A stretch of 64,000 bases of DNA, taken from contig JBHGNT010000014.1 of the NCBI GenBank assembly GCA_043228905.1, forward strand, positions 10,726,001 through 10,790,000, written 5' to 3'. The DNA comes from Azolla caroliniana (Eukaryota > Plantae > Polypodiophyta). Positions 49,476-62,212 of this stretch are shown here, one piece after another. The number at the start of each line of letters is the position of its first letter. The stretch's first letter is position 1. Both the position numbers and the translations under genes were made by a program. The notes under the pieces were generated by a model, which saw only the letters and a list, made by a program, of their open reading frames with translations, was not told the DNA's origin and searched no databases.

Positions 49476-52400
49476 GGAAGGCCCTTCATGCAGGTGGGTA
49501 CTCGGTGGGTGTATGCACAAGAGACAAACTTAGACACAAGTACTCAATAGACAAGAAGAATTCACATGAAAGGACAAGTTCCTAAGGATGTGAAAGCGTG
49601 AAAGAAGAAGGGGGGACATAAACATTTAACCCACGACAATAGGACATAGAAAGATGTCATATCAAATATACATCATTCAAGGTAAGGTAATGGAAGGATA
49701 CCTTAGATATGAAGCCAAAAGTGACCTATGAACAATTGACAAAAATTACAAGAATACAAAAACAAATGGAAAACACAAGTCTCATGTCATGTGGGTGTAC
49801 TAGTCTACTGGAAGTAACATGAAGCAAAAAAAAGAAAGATAAGAGAGTAGTCAGATGAGCACATTTGAGCCAAGGTAGTTGATGACTAAGTTTCTTGTGT
49901 GTCTTCTACATTTTGAATAGCTACCATTCGTGAAGTGAAGAAAGCCGATACATTGTATCATGAAGGGGGCTCCTTGCTTGGTGCTTCTTGTCCCTCCAAT
50001 ACCCACCTAGCCTAATATTATGCTAGGAAATTCATGCATATATATAAGTATTATATGCACAATGTCATAAAAGACATTACAAATTAATTTGTATGATAAG
50101 ATTTTACTCTAGGTGCCTCACACCTTAGAGAGCTAGTAGTGCTAACAACTTTTCCCATCATCCCAATTTTTATCCTCTTCTTTTTCTTCCAACAAATCTT
50201 CTTTATGTTTTTTAATTATTGATTTATTGATGTTCACAGGTAAGCAAGAGCCGAGTTTCACTCGTTTGTTGAGATTTGTCGTTTCCTATTGTTTTCCTTT
50301 TTCGCATCTACACATTGGCCACATGCCTCCTTTTTCATCTCCAATCAAGCCTTTCAACCTATTTCTTTCAATCGGACCATACCTTTTTATTTACGTGCAA
50401 ACATTTACCACCCATTTGTGCTTCATAGAAACTAGATGTTGGGAGAATTGGGAGAAGCATGCACCTAGTATATAGCTCTTTACTTACACCAATCATGATG
50501 TTCACATCATTGACATTAAAGACTAATCAAGTGTTTAGATGTCATTGAACCATGAGCTTTGTTTGTAATGTGTAGTGGTCAATGATTCTTCACTTCCTCT
50601 AGGTTATTTGCAATTTACACATCTTAATAAAATCATAACTCTCCCAATATCTATATAGTAATGATGTGTAAAGAGTGTGAGCGACCCATTTCTTACTTCC
50701 ATTCACTCAAAATTATGTTCATGAATCCATTATAACTAATAACAGTCAAAGTTCATAAATAGGTAATGACATAGAAATGCAAATGTGGTCCTAATAGGTA
50801 AAATGACAACCCCAATTGAGGACATTAAAATGCAAAATACAAGATAATGTGTCTTAAACTACCCAAATGGATATTTTTATGGACACCCAATGAATGTTTT
50901 ATATCAAAAGGTGTACCATTTGCACATATTATAGAGCATTTTTAATAGTTTCCATTCCAAGTTGATTTATGGTGTGCCTTTTGATATCATCTACTACTAA
51001 CAACCAAGTCATTGAGGTATTCTACAACTTATGAAATTACCATACTCCAAAATGTAGATACTTTATATTTCTTCCCTATCTTGAACTTCATGGCCAAGTC
51101 CCTCACCTTCTTCTCCCCTAATGTCAAGCTTTCACAATATTTATACCGCTAACTTGGGTTAAGTATTTAAATGTCATTAAAATTTCCTCAATGGCATATG
51201 ATCCATTGTTCTATGTGTTTCCCATTTACAAACTTTGCTTACACATCACGATTTAACTTCATTTTCTATATGTATGTATGTTTTTGTCTCTATTTGACAT
51301 GCTTCATTCATCCCATAAAGTCTTTTTATATTATCCAACTAAATGAAGAAGCTTATCATAAAGTCTTTTTGGGTTTCCACAAATTCAAGTTCCTATAAGT
51401 AAACCTTAGCTCACAAGCTTAAATATGGCATTATAACATATTAAGTTGCTCATAACTTGACTCATAATGCGAGAAAATTATCCTCCTTTTTTTTATACTA
51501 AATTAGGCATTTCAGAATTTCATTGATTTATGTTTTTTACAAAAAGAAATTCTACCCATTAGTTAGAAAGAAATACATGAGGTACCATATGTACAAGAGC
51601 AAGACTTCATATAGAGCATCATGACTTCAATTAACTCTTAAAAACGTGAAGCCTAGAGTGATCCTTCACAGAGGGGAAGACTAAGGGTCTTCTACAGTTT
51701 AGGGACAGTGGGGGGACGTTGCATTTCATTTGATTTTTGTAGAGCATAAACATGTAATATCTAAGGGCCACCACTTTTAATCTTCATCTTCATTTTAATT
51801 GCAGAGTTTGATGCCCAATTTATAACCTGTGATAGAATAGAATTCAATTATGAGTGAGTGTCTAATGTGCAATAACTGTTGAGCTTGCTTAAGAAATTCA
51901 TGTAACCGTTGACCTCCACATAACTAATTCTAAGTAGCCTTATCAAGGTTAGAAGCAAATTGTGCAAAAGCCTCCAATTCCGCAAATTGTGCCAATTCCA
52001 AATTTGGTTTACCCCATTTGTATTTTGTTTCCTTCTAACGCCCGATTATTCTACTTTGTAGTGAGTTTGAAAGAAACGCTCATTCGGTAAAAGAGATATG
52101 TCCGGTGACAATAGTAATATATATAGATATTTCTACAGAGAATTTGTTTCTGTTTAGAATATTCTTAACCATGTGCATGCAAGAACGAAATAAAAAAGAT
52201 TTGTTTGTATGAAAAGCAATCGTCCCAACTAGTTTGCTTCTGCAACAATGCAACGAAATCTTACTTGTTAGATACTTTCCAAGAAAATGATGAATCAGAA
52301 CCATTCTTGTAAAAGTCAATTCTATTTTTGGTAAGTCCACATATTTATAGAATTAAAGTTTGTGGTCAATATAATATTTTTACTTCTTACTTGAATGAGA

Positions 52401-53035
52401 AATTCCATGCTTTTCATTGTTTCCATATTTAATTGTGTACCAAGGGTTACAAATGTATGCTCTACTCTTAGTATTGTAAGGCTTGGGTTTCAAGTTTCCT
52501 AAAATGACCTATTTATGCTTAACTTTAGTTGATTAAGATGTACATTTGTGCATTAGAATTTGAACTACGTGATGCCTCTTCATAGGATCATAAGGTGATT
52601 TCATAAAGGAAGAACCTAGAATCAAAGTGCTCTTATGGACAATGTTACGAGCATACCTGTCACCATAATTGTAAGAAAATTTGTAAGGATGAAGGTTGAG
52701 TATTACATTATCTAAATCCTACAATGGGAGATAACTTTGGAGTGTTTCATCACTTACTTTTTATAAAAAAAGCAACCAAGTGAGAAACACACACACAAGG
52801 GGCCGCTCTTCAAAGCTCTACCCAAACTTCTCAATGGTAGCATACATGTCAATTGGGTTAATTGGAATCACCTTATTCACATTAAGGTTCATTGAAATGA
52901 CATTCTCCATTGCTTTTAAACACTACTTTCATGGCACTTCATATAGTACCTTCTATTTCTAATCTATTAAATCATTTCTGATAATTCTGAAAATCCTTTA
53001 TCCTACGCTTATCTTCCTTATCTACACTAGAAAAT

Positions 53036-54633
53036 TGTTGAGAATCGTACTTGGCCACAACCGAGTTTCACAATACAAATGGAAGATTAAACAAACAGTA
53101 ACAATGCACTTTACAAGGTAGAGGAGACAACACCGGATGATAACATGGAAAACCTCGAGAGACAAAACCATGGGAGTTCTCTAACTCCGAATAGGATGAC
53201 TATAGAGGAGAGGTACAACAATGTGAGATTCGGAGGCAACAACCTTGAGCTCTAGCTTCGCCAACCGACGGTTACAACAGAAGATTTTATGTATCTCAGT
53301 CTCTCTCCCAGTCTCTTTCTCATTACAACAAAATAAGAATGATAATACTTACACTCAATTATTTCCCTAGTTATATGTATACTTATATAACTTTAGGGCT
53401 ATTTACAAATATGACCTCGAATAGTCACATTAGAACATATTTACTAATATGTCCGGCTGGATACCCTCCGGATCCATTCGATCCGGCTTCTAGCTACCTT
53501 CTGGATCCATCCGGTTTGGTTCCTTCCTTCGACACTTTTGATTCAGCTCGTCTGGTTCTCATCTAGATCCCATCCGGAGGTATCAGTTTCCCAACAAACT
53601 CCCCCTTCACTCCGGCATGGCATGTCTTGTCAACCTGATCCATCTCCGGCACACGTCCAGCTTCTCAACAGACAACACCTTGGTCAGCATGTCCGACCCG
53701 TTCTCCTCCATGTGGATCTTCATTAGCGAAAAATCTTTGTCTTCTACATTCTCCTGGAGCCAATGATATCTCCTCTAGATGTACTTAGTTTGGGAGTGGC
53801 AGGTCGCGTTCTTTGCAATGTGGATGGCGTTTTGATTGTCGCAATAGAGACAGAATTCCTCCTGCCAGATCCCTAACTCTCTGATGAAGTCCTTCATCTA
53901 GATTACTTCCTTTCGGCTTTTACAGCCACCATGTATCCTGCTTCTGTTATCGACAATGCCACTGATTTCTGCAGTCTTGACTGCCATGATACCGCTCCCC
54001 CTACATAGGTCATGATGTATCTGGACGTGGACCGGCTGGTATCTACATCAACCGACATGTTTGAATCCGTAAAGCCTTCCAATAGGGGTTTACTAGAGCC
54101 GAACTGGAGGCACATGTTCGAGGTGCCTTTCACGTACCGGAGGATCCACTTGACGGCAACCCAATGCTCTCTTCCCGGATTGCTCATAAATCGGTTGAGC
54201 ACTCTGATTGCATATCCGATGTCCGGTCAAATACACACCATAACATACATTAGGCTTCCGACTGCTGAGGCATACGGTACCTTCGTCATCTCTACTTTCT
54301 TCGCCTTTGTCTTTGGGATTTGTTTTCCGGACAGCTTGCACTTTGCTGGAACTATCAACCTGTCCGGCTTCACATTCATCATGCTGAACTGTTGGAGGAC
54401 CTTCAGGACGTACTTCTCATGTGACAACCACAATAGCTTCTTAGTTCGGTTCCGGCCTATGTGCATCCCTAGTATTTGTCTCACCGGACCCAAATCATTC
54501 ATTGAGAAGGACCGGTTCAAAGCCTTCTCCAGAATTCCGATTTTGGTGCAATCATGTCTGACGATCAACATGTCGTCCACATACAACAGGGGTATTAGAA
54601 AATCTCCTTCGTCGAACTTCTTCACAAACACGT
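53036..54633 (-). mobile_element. 3' half of a Copia B-related element (RT, RNase H, PPT, 3' LTR 53036-53596)
   Basis: LLYVDDML, PYASAVGSLMY, FTDSN and AVSWQSRLQKSVALS motifs. Reverse-complement PPT ctcccccttc at about 53599-53608; TGTTG...CAACA LTR. Confidence 0.88.
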
Positions 54634-57200
54634 TGTTGGCATAAAAGGCTTACTACTTTCACTTTGTATCCTTACTAGTGTGAACACATCCAATAGTTAG
54701 GGCTTGAGTATATAAGGCATAACCTAACGTTGTAATAGGGGTTGTCATTCTTGATCATCTTGTATCTTGAGTCTTTGAGAGAGCGAAAATAGAGAATAAC
54801 GAGAATCACCATTAAAGCTTAACTTCTTGTCTATCTATTCCTTTAGCTACATATTTGTGTATGTTGTTTGCTATGCATAACCGACAGGTCCTCAAACGTT
54901 CTTCCGTGCATATCTCCTCACAACTGGTATTAGAGCGAACCTACTGCTAGGCAAAAACAAAATAACAAAAGAAATGAAGGAAAAGACCAGGTCAGTCAAA
55001 AATCTTACTTTCAAAACAAAATATGGTGTCAACATCCGGTATAGGAGTTGAAATCCGAAAGTTCGACAACAAAAACTTTGCCCGATGGAAGGAGATGATG
55101 CAGGATGTGCTGATCATCAGAAGACATGTCGAACCTATTTGACACAATGAAAAAACCACTATGATGTCGGCCGAAGAGTGGAGATCATTAGTAGATGAAA
55201 TTACGCGCTCCACCATTCGAATGCATCTGGTTGAGAATGTCTACTTCAGTATGGCCAAGGAGACGACAACCTTCTCGTTATGGGAGAAGTTGCAAGAAGT
55301 GTACGAAAAGAAGTCAACATCGTCGAAACTCATATTGATTCGACAACTATTCAATATGAAGATGAGAGAGTCAGATATGAAGTGGAGAACAGGTCAGGAT
55401 ACAGAGTGAAGACACTCCGATCTGACAATGGAGGAGAATACACCTCCTGAGCCTTCAAACAATATCTATCCAACATCAAAAGATCGTTCCATACACACCC
55501 ATGTAGAATGGAGTGGTAGAACGGATCAACCAAACGATCCAGGAGAGGGCGAGGGCAATGTTCCAACAAGCTGGACTGAAGTTGGAGTTCTGGGCCAAAG
55601 CACTGCAAATGACAGTATATTTGATCAATCTATTGCTGTTGAAAGAAATTAGGCTTGAAGTGCCACAGGCACTATGCTCAGGTAAACAACTGACCTACGA
55701 TAGGCTCCGTATATTTGGGTGCAAAGCCTATGCATTCATCCCTAGGGAGAAAAGGACCAAGTTGGCACCCCATGCAACAAAATGCATATTTCTCAGTTAT
55801 TAAACTAATGGGGAATTTGGCTATAGGCTATGGGGCCCAGAGAATCAGAAATTAATCTAGAGTAGTGACGTAGTCTTCAATGAAGACTCTATTCTCTCTG
55901 CGAGGAACCAACATAAGATAGTTGGTAAGAAGGTCTCCTTCGAAGTCGATAGAGACAATGTAGAAAGATTGATCCACTGGGCCGAATTAGAGATTCGACA
56001 CATAGTTGAGCTTGACCAAGCCGACAACACACTTGCCAACTCCGAATCGGTAGGAGGTCCATTAGTCGAACTCAAAGAAAAAGCCATTAAAGACAAAAAA
56101 GGTAAAGTCAAGAAGATGCGAGTCAGAAAATGAGTCGACTTGACCGAGACACCCAAGACTGAAGGGAAAAACAGAACCGAGTTGGCGAAGTCTTCTACCT
56201 CTAAGTCAAATGATCCTGAAGAATTGAGGATGCCATGACATTACTAAAATCCTACTACAGGGGTGAGTCATCTAATAAGACTCCGGAAGATGGTTCAAGC
56301 TATACCGATCGACCAACCTGGTCGACTGAAGAAATTGAACAGACAAAATTGGCACTCAAGAGATCCGGATGAGTCAGAAGGCCAAGAGAGTTCTATAAAC
56401 CTGGCCTCGACTACGTCAACTACACCGATGCAAGCGAACCAAGCACATACAAAGAAGCTATAGCTGCACCAGACGCTGTGAATGGTGACAAGACATGCAA
56501 TCCGAGATGGACTCGATTCGACAGAATCAAACATGGGAGCTGGTTGAACTACCAGCGGGAAGAATGCTACTACCTTGCAAATGGGTATTCCGATACAAAT
56601 ATGTATATGACTCAGAGAAGCACAAGTACAAATCTCGGCTTGTTGCGAAGGGATTCAAACAGGAACACGGGGTCAACTACGACGAGATATTCTCTCATAT
56701 AGTCAAGATGACCACCCTTTGGATCCTACTCGGGGTCGTGGTGACATAGGACCTAGAGCTCGAACAACTCGACGTAAAGACGACATTCCTACACGGAGAC
56801 TTGGACAAGGACATTTACATGTCCCAACCGGCAGGCTTCTCGGCGACAGGGGAGGAAAGTCACCTCGTATGTCAACTAAAAAAAAGCCTTTATTGCTTAA
56901 AACAAGCGCTGAGGATGTGGTACCAGAAGTTTGGCACCTACATCCGACAGCCCAACTATAGCTGGTCCGACTCTGACCCATGTCTATATGTTTGGCAACT
57001 GGCCAACGAGTCCCGGATCTATCTGATCCTATATGTCGACGACATGCTGATTGCAGGGAGCAATCAAATCAAAGTTAGAAAGCTAAAGCGAAGCCTTCAC
57101 GACAAGTTTGAGATGAAGGAGTTTGGACAAGCCCGACACAGACTAGGCATGAGGATAGAGCTGAATTGGAAGACAAAAACTCTTTGACTCTCCTAGTCCA
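54634..57200 (+). mobile_element. Degenerate Copia (5' LTR 54634-54922, PBS, gag, deleted PR, INT, RT), 3'-truncated
   Basis: tggtattagagc PBS at 54925-54936; LWEKLQEVYEK, LRSDNGGEY, LPCKWVF and LYVDDML motifs. Confidence 0.85.
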
Positions 57201-58383
57201 ACTACAAACACCGGGTCATTTGAAACAGGTAATATGTCACATTCTCTTTTTCATATCTTAGTGAGATATTAAAAAATGCCTTATTTAAGCATAATTTCAA
57301 AAAGGCACGACGCATATGTGGTTTATGAAAACATAGCGAAAAATAGAACTAACTAATATCACGTCAACAAAATCATCCGACGTATATTCTATCTACCATG
57401 TTTTTGTCCAAATCTTAGACAGGGGTATATTCATCAACGCAAGTATAATAGTAACATGAGTCCTTGTGCATATTCTAAAAAGCATACCCCATTGAATAAG
57501 TGACTTCTTCTAATTATGTGTGTATATTTATATATAATATATCTTAAAGCAAATTGTGAACCTTGCAATTAAGAGATACTACAATGTCAAAAGAAAATTT
57601 CCATTGACACGTGATACATGACACCGTCAATGTATTAATAAACTAGTCTACAAAAACATTCTAATCATACAAGTAAATGATAGAGTATAATTTTATCTCC
57701 CATATGTCCCAAATGATAAAGGAGACTTTAGACAACATATACACATACAAATTATACTTAATCTCTAAGTTCAATGAGTGTTACACGAAAATTATAAATA
57801 GGCTCAACTTATATATTATGTCAAATTTTAACAATTCATATTGTTCAAATTTTAAAATAAGCCATATCCATTCAATCAAATAATAAATCTGGTGAAGCCA
57901 TCTCCTCAGGATTAGCTCTTTCATTAGGACTGTCCTCATTGGCTTCGTCAATATGCTAAGTTGAATCGTTAGTATGTTTAGACTCTGACACGTCTTCTAA
58001 TTCAACAAGGTCCCCTGCTTCTTCATCTATAGGTTCCATAGGTTCTCTAGAAGTCATCTGGAACATCTAAGTTTCATTGATATGCTTTGCCCCAACTTCT
58101 TGGTCTTGATCAGGATAGTCCTAGATACCTTGGATCCTCATTTTGATGAAATTAACCTGATCAGGGTCCTTCTCTAATGCAACAGAGTTCCTGAACATCG
58201 TTAAGGCGCATGTTGTAGTAGTACATGACAATAGAATGAAATTGCACACGTAACATCAAACTGAAGAATAGACTATAACGTTAATCTAAATTGACGTAAG
58301 TTTTATATTATATACTTGTGTCAGAAAACAAATCTTCAACCCAATGAAAATTTGAAAAAATAAAACTTGGAAAAATAAAAAAT

Positions 58384-59490
58384 GGATTTTCAACTAAAAT
58401 ACGATGCACTACATTATATTTTAGTCTATACAGCTAGAATCCAATGCAATGCGTTGGGTTAAAGTCGAAAATCCTTTTTTCTTTTTTCAATGTTATATTT
58501 ATTTATTTATATTGTTTTCCATATAAAAAATAATATTGTTCTCAACTGAAATCCAATGCAGTGCATTGAATTGTAGTCTATACAGCTAGACATCGACGCA
58601 GTGCATCAAATTTTGGCTGACAATCCTTTTTCTTTTCAATTGTTTTTCATTTTTTCAATAAATAAATAAAAATATTTAAAAAAGTGGATTTCCAACTAAA
58701 ATCTGATGCACTCCATCGGATTTCAATTAAAATTCCAAATTTCCTTTAGTTTTTTCATAAAACAATGAAATAATAAAAAAATATTGCATTTTCAACGAAA
58801 ATCTGATCCACTGCATTGGATTTCATTTGAAAATCCATTATAAATGAAAAAATAAAAGAAAAATCTTGGACTTTCAACGGGAATCCGATGCACTGCATCA
58901 GATTCCCGTTGCAACTCTGTGATTTTCAACGGGAATCCGATGCAGTGCATCGGATTCCCGTTGAAAATCCCGTTGAAAATGATGGACTTTCAATGGAAAT
59001 CCGATGCACTACATCGGATTCATGTTGAAAATACACCATTTTAAATGGCCAAAATCACGATTCTTTTAATTTTAAACATTTTTTGATGGAAAAAATGTAA
59101 ACAAATAAAAAAAAGTGGATTTTCAACTGAAATTCGATGCACTGCATCAGATTTTAGTTGAAAATCCATTTCTTTAATGTTTATTTATTTATTTATGGAA
59201 AACATAAAACAATTAAAAAAGAATACCAGAAAATTTCAAAAAACAGGAAAATTTGGAAACAAATAAGAAAAAGTGGACTTTCAACTGAAATCCGATGTAG
59301 TGCATCGGGTTTCCATTGAAAATCCATTTTTTCAATTTTTATTGATTTACTGATTGGAAAAAAAAAATACAAACAAAATTCAAAAAATATGAAAATTTGG
59401 AAACAAATAAGAAATAGTGGATTCAAAAAATATGAAAATTTGGAAACAAATAAGAAAAAGTGGACTTTCAACCGAAATCCGATGTAGTGC
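58384..59490. repeat. Array of about 12 ~50-bp palindromes with A/T-rich spacers
   Basis: Consensus GGATTTTCAAC-NNNAATCCGATGCA-(C/G)-TGCATCGGATT-NNNGTTGAAAATCC. The copy at 58921-58969 has perfect 24-bp arms. Confidence 0.9.
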
Positions 59491-60360
59491 TCCAGCTTTT
59501 CATGGTACTCTCTACCGAAATGTCAAAGAAGGATGGTGGCTTCTCCTAGGTGCAAATTGCCGTCCGGATATTTGCCCGTACTGGTGTGCTAGACCACTGA
59601 GGCAGAACTGGACCATCTCGTCCTTGTCCACCGTCACGTTGATGGACTAGAGCGTGTCGCAGATCTCCTTGATCTTGGTGGTGTAGTTGGTGACCAACAA
59701 CATGTTCCGTTGCCGGATACTGTTGAGATCTTGTTGGAGTTGCAACTTCCGAGTCGTGGTACTTGCAGGCCTCCTTTGGTGACTTTACATCTCTGATGTT
59801 GCCAAGCATCTAGTTGCGCACACATGATGTGAGGCATTACAACACCCTACTCGCTCCTCGTTCCCATCTCAAGAAGTCCTTGTGTGCCGAATCCGGTGGT
59901 GCTTCATTCGCTCCTTCCACGTAGCTCCAATATTCATGCCCCAACAGGTACTGGTGCATTTTATACAACCAAGACACATAGTGCTCCAATTGAGCTTTTC
60001 TATTGGAAGCGACCTCGCCATGCTTCTGTCCATGTCTTCCTTCCTATTCTTCACTAGGTGTTAGGGTTTGTCTATGAGCATGTTGAGTGACAATCATCGG
60101 CATCAGAGGATTCTCAACCCTCGCACTCTGATACCATGTAAAAGTTAATATGCGGAAGCTTAGATAAACCAACTCAGCTGGATAACAACAGTAAAACTGA
60201 AATGATGATTTAATGGAAGCTTAAGAATACACAGTACACGAGAGAGTTGAAATAGCATAAACTCAATTCGAACCCGACAATCCTTCATGTCACCCAAGCT
60301 CTCTAGTTTAAGTCCCTTGTGAACCCACTTACGCAGAACACATACACTCGTAACTTCACA
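59491..60360 (-). mobile_element. 5' fragment of a Copia A-lineage element (gag, PBS, partial LTR from 60137)
   Basis: MDRSMARSLPIEKL matches the Copia A gag start; actctgatacca at 60125-60136. The LTR far end is approximate. Confidence 0.8.
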
Positions 60361-62212
60361 AAAATGTAGGACCTCTTCAAACTCTCCACAATCCGTCATT
60401 TGGTGGTCTGGTCATCATACCACGTAAAACGTTTTACAAATTCAAGTTTCCAATCTTGAGGACATTTGTCATCCCTCATTGTTCATGCTATTTGGATGAC
60501 TCACACCATTTTATTTAGCTCATTTATTGCCATGACTCTTTTTAGTTCTTCCACTATGTTCCTAGTTTGAGTTGGCCCGCATTTGGTGGGTCTCTTCTTT
60601 CCAACATTGAGATGACCTCCATGTCCAAAGGGCTTCTTTCTATCATATATTGGATGCTTGCGAGAAATGGACAATTAGGGATAACATTCTCCTTCAACCC
60701 TTTTAACCAATTAATTTGACCTTAAATAACAGCTTCAACTAGTACTCAATTAGTTTCTTGAAGACTCACCTTTGATGAAAAACTAGCAATATTGAGAGAT
60801 GCTTTTTTCATTACTAGGATGATAGGTTGATAGAAAATTAGCCTCTTTAATTTACAATTAATTTGGTGTGCCTATGATAATTCAATAAGCTCTCCAAAGG
60901 CTTCTTATGCCCTTGTCAGTGCTTGTCAAAGTGTTTGACAACCCATTTTATGATGGACCAATCTAAGTTCAATCCATCTTTATTCTAGAGTAGGAGGCTC
61001 AATCAAACCCCTCTATCTTTGACATCCATGACCTTGATGAACAATAGACTCTATTCAAGACAATTATAGTCATATCTTGTTGCGAGAGATGTCCTAACTG
61101 CTTCTCAAACTCTTGAAATGCTATGTGGAGGTGCTCATCACGTTGCGAGTTGACTCTACCAAATACATTAAGTTCTTCTTTATCATCTAAAAAGATTTGT
61201 TAAATCAATACATTGAAGCATTCTTCTCTCAAACTAATACCAACTGAGGATATTTTCCTGTAATTAGAGCATCATCAAGTGGAGGCTCGGTGTTACGAGC
61301 CTTGTGAAGCTACTTAACCACATCACCTCTTCAATGTTGTTACTCCCCTTTGGAGGAACACATGGTCGGTTACTAATTCCCGAGTAACCGAATCAAGGTA
61401 TTGTGGTAGGAAGGAGGACAAAGGTTTTGGGTCATCCCGTCGACGCTGTACTCAGTTGGTTTCAGGAAGCGAGGGTAACTTTACACAAAGGTTACCCAGA
61501 TATCTCGCACCGAGGATACCCTAATCATCTGCCCTGGATGACACTAAAGAATACAGACCAATCTCTATAGGCCCAAAAGGGCTTCAACGTATGGTATTTT
61601 GCGAATCGGCTACAACCGATGCGTGCACACGATTTCAGAGTAATAATTGACACACCACAGAGATAAAGATACAAAGTTCCCTACAAGGAAAGAGTTATAT
61701 TACTTACACAAAACTATTACAATGAAAACCAATCGACTGTCGGTTATGACTCCCTACTCTCTCAAAAACACTCACCTCTCTGTATGGCCTCTCGTTCTAT
61801 AGGAAGCATGGTCGGTTACAAGAACATGAAATAAAATGTTATTGAAAAGAATTGGGTGTAACTCCGTGTAGCGGAAGTGATCTATGTGTCTGTGTGTGAG
61901 AGAGATAAAGAGAGAGAGAGGCGAAAAAACAGGGTGAGAGAGAGAGAGGAGTAGGAGAAACAAAGTAGGGGAAACGTGAAAATCAGAAAAACAAAGTAGG
62001 AGAAAATCAGAAAATCACAAGAAAAAGGAGGAGAAGGAGGAGCAGGAGGAGAAGAAGAGGGCGGAACAATTATTTGCGGCTACATCGACATAATTGGGCA
62101 AGTGCTACAACAACATTCTTCTTCACTGGCAAGCTCGAATGTCATCTTGTCTATTCCAGGTTAATCATCCTCCTATTAATTTCCTTTTACTTATAATTGG
62201 GGCATAGTATGT

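Noticed and set aside
47749-52962. Short ORFs upstream of WOX
   Set aside because: AT-rich intergenic sequence with no domains or convincing splice structure.
54620-54634. Break at the same FV motif as the Copia B deletion, suggesting the missing piece moved here
   Set aside because: This fragment has its own diverged RNase H tail and a different LTR, and is cut by another LTR at 54634; treated as coincidence.
58384-59490. CRISPR array
   Set aside because: Eukaryotic context, spacers irregular and A/T low-complexity, repeats degenerate and in both orientations, no cas genes.
60360-61770. Possible minus-strand Gypsy gag/LTR remnant
   Set aside because: Too decayed; no clear PBS, termini or ORF.
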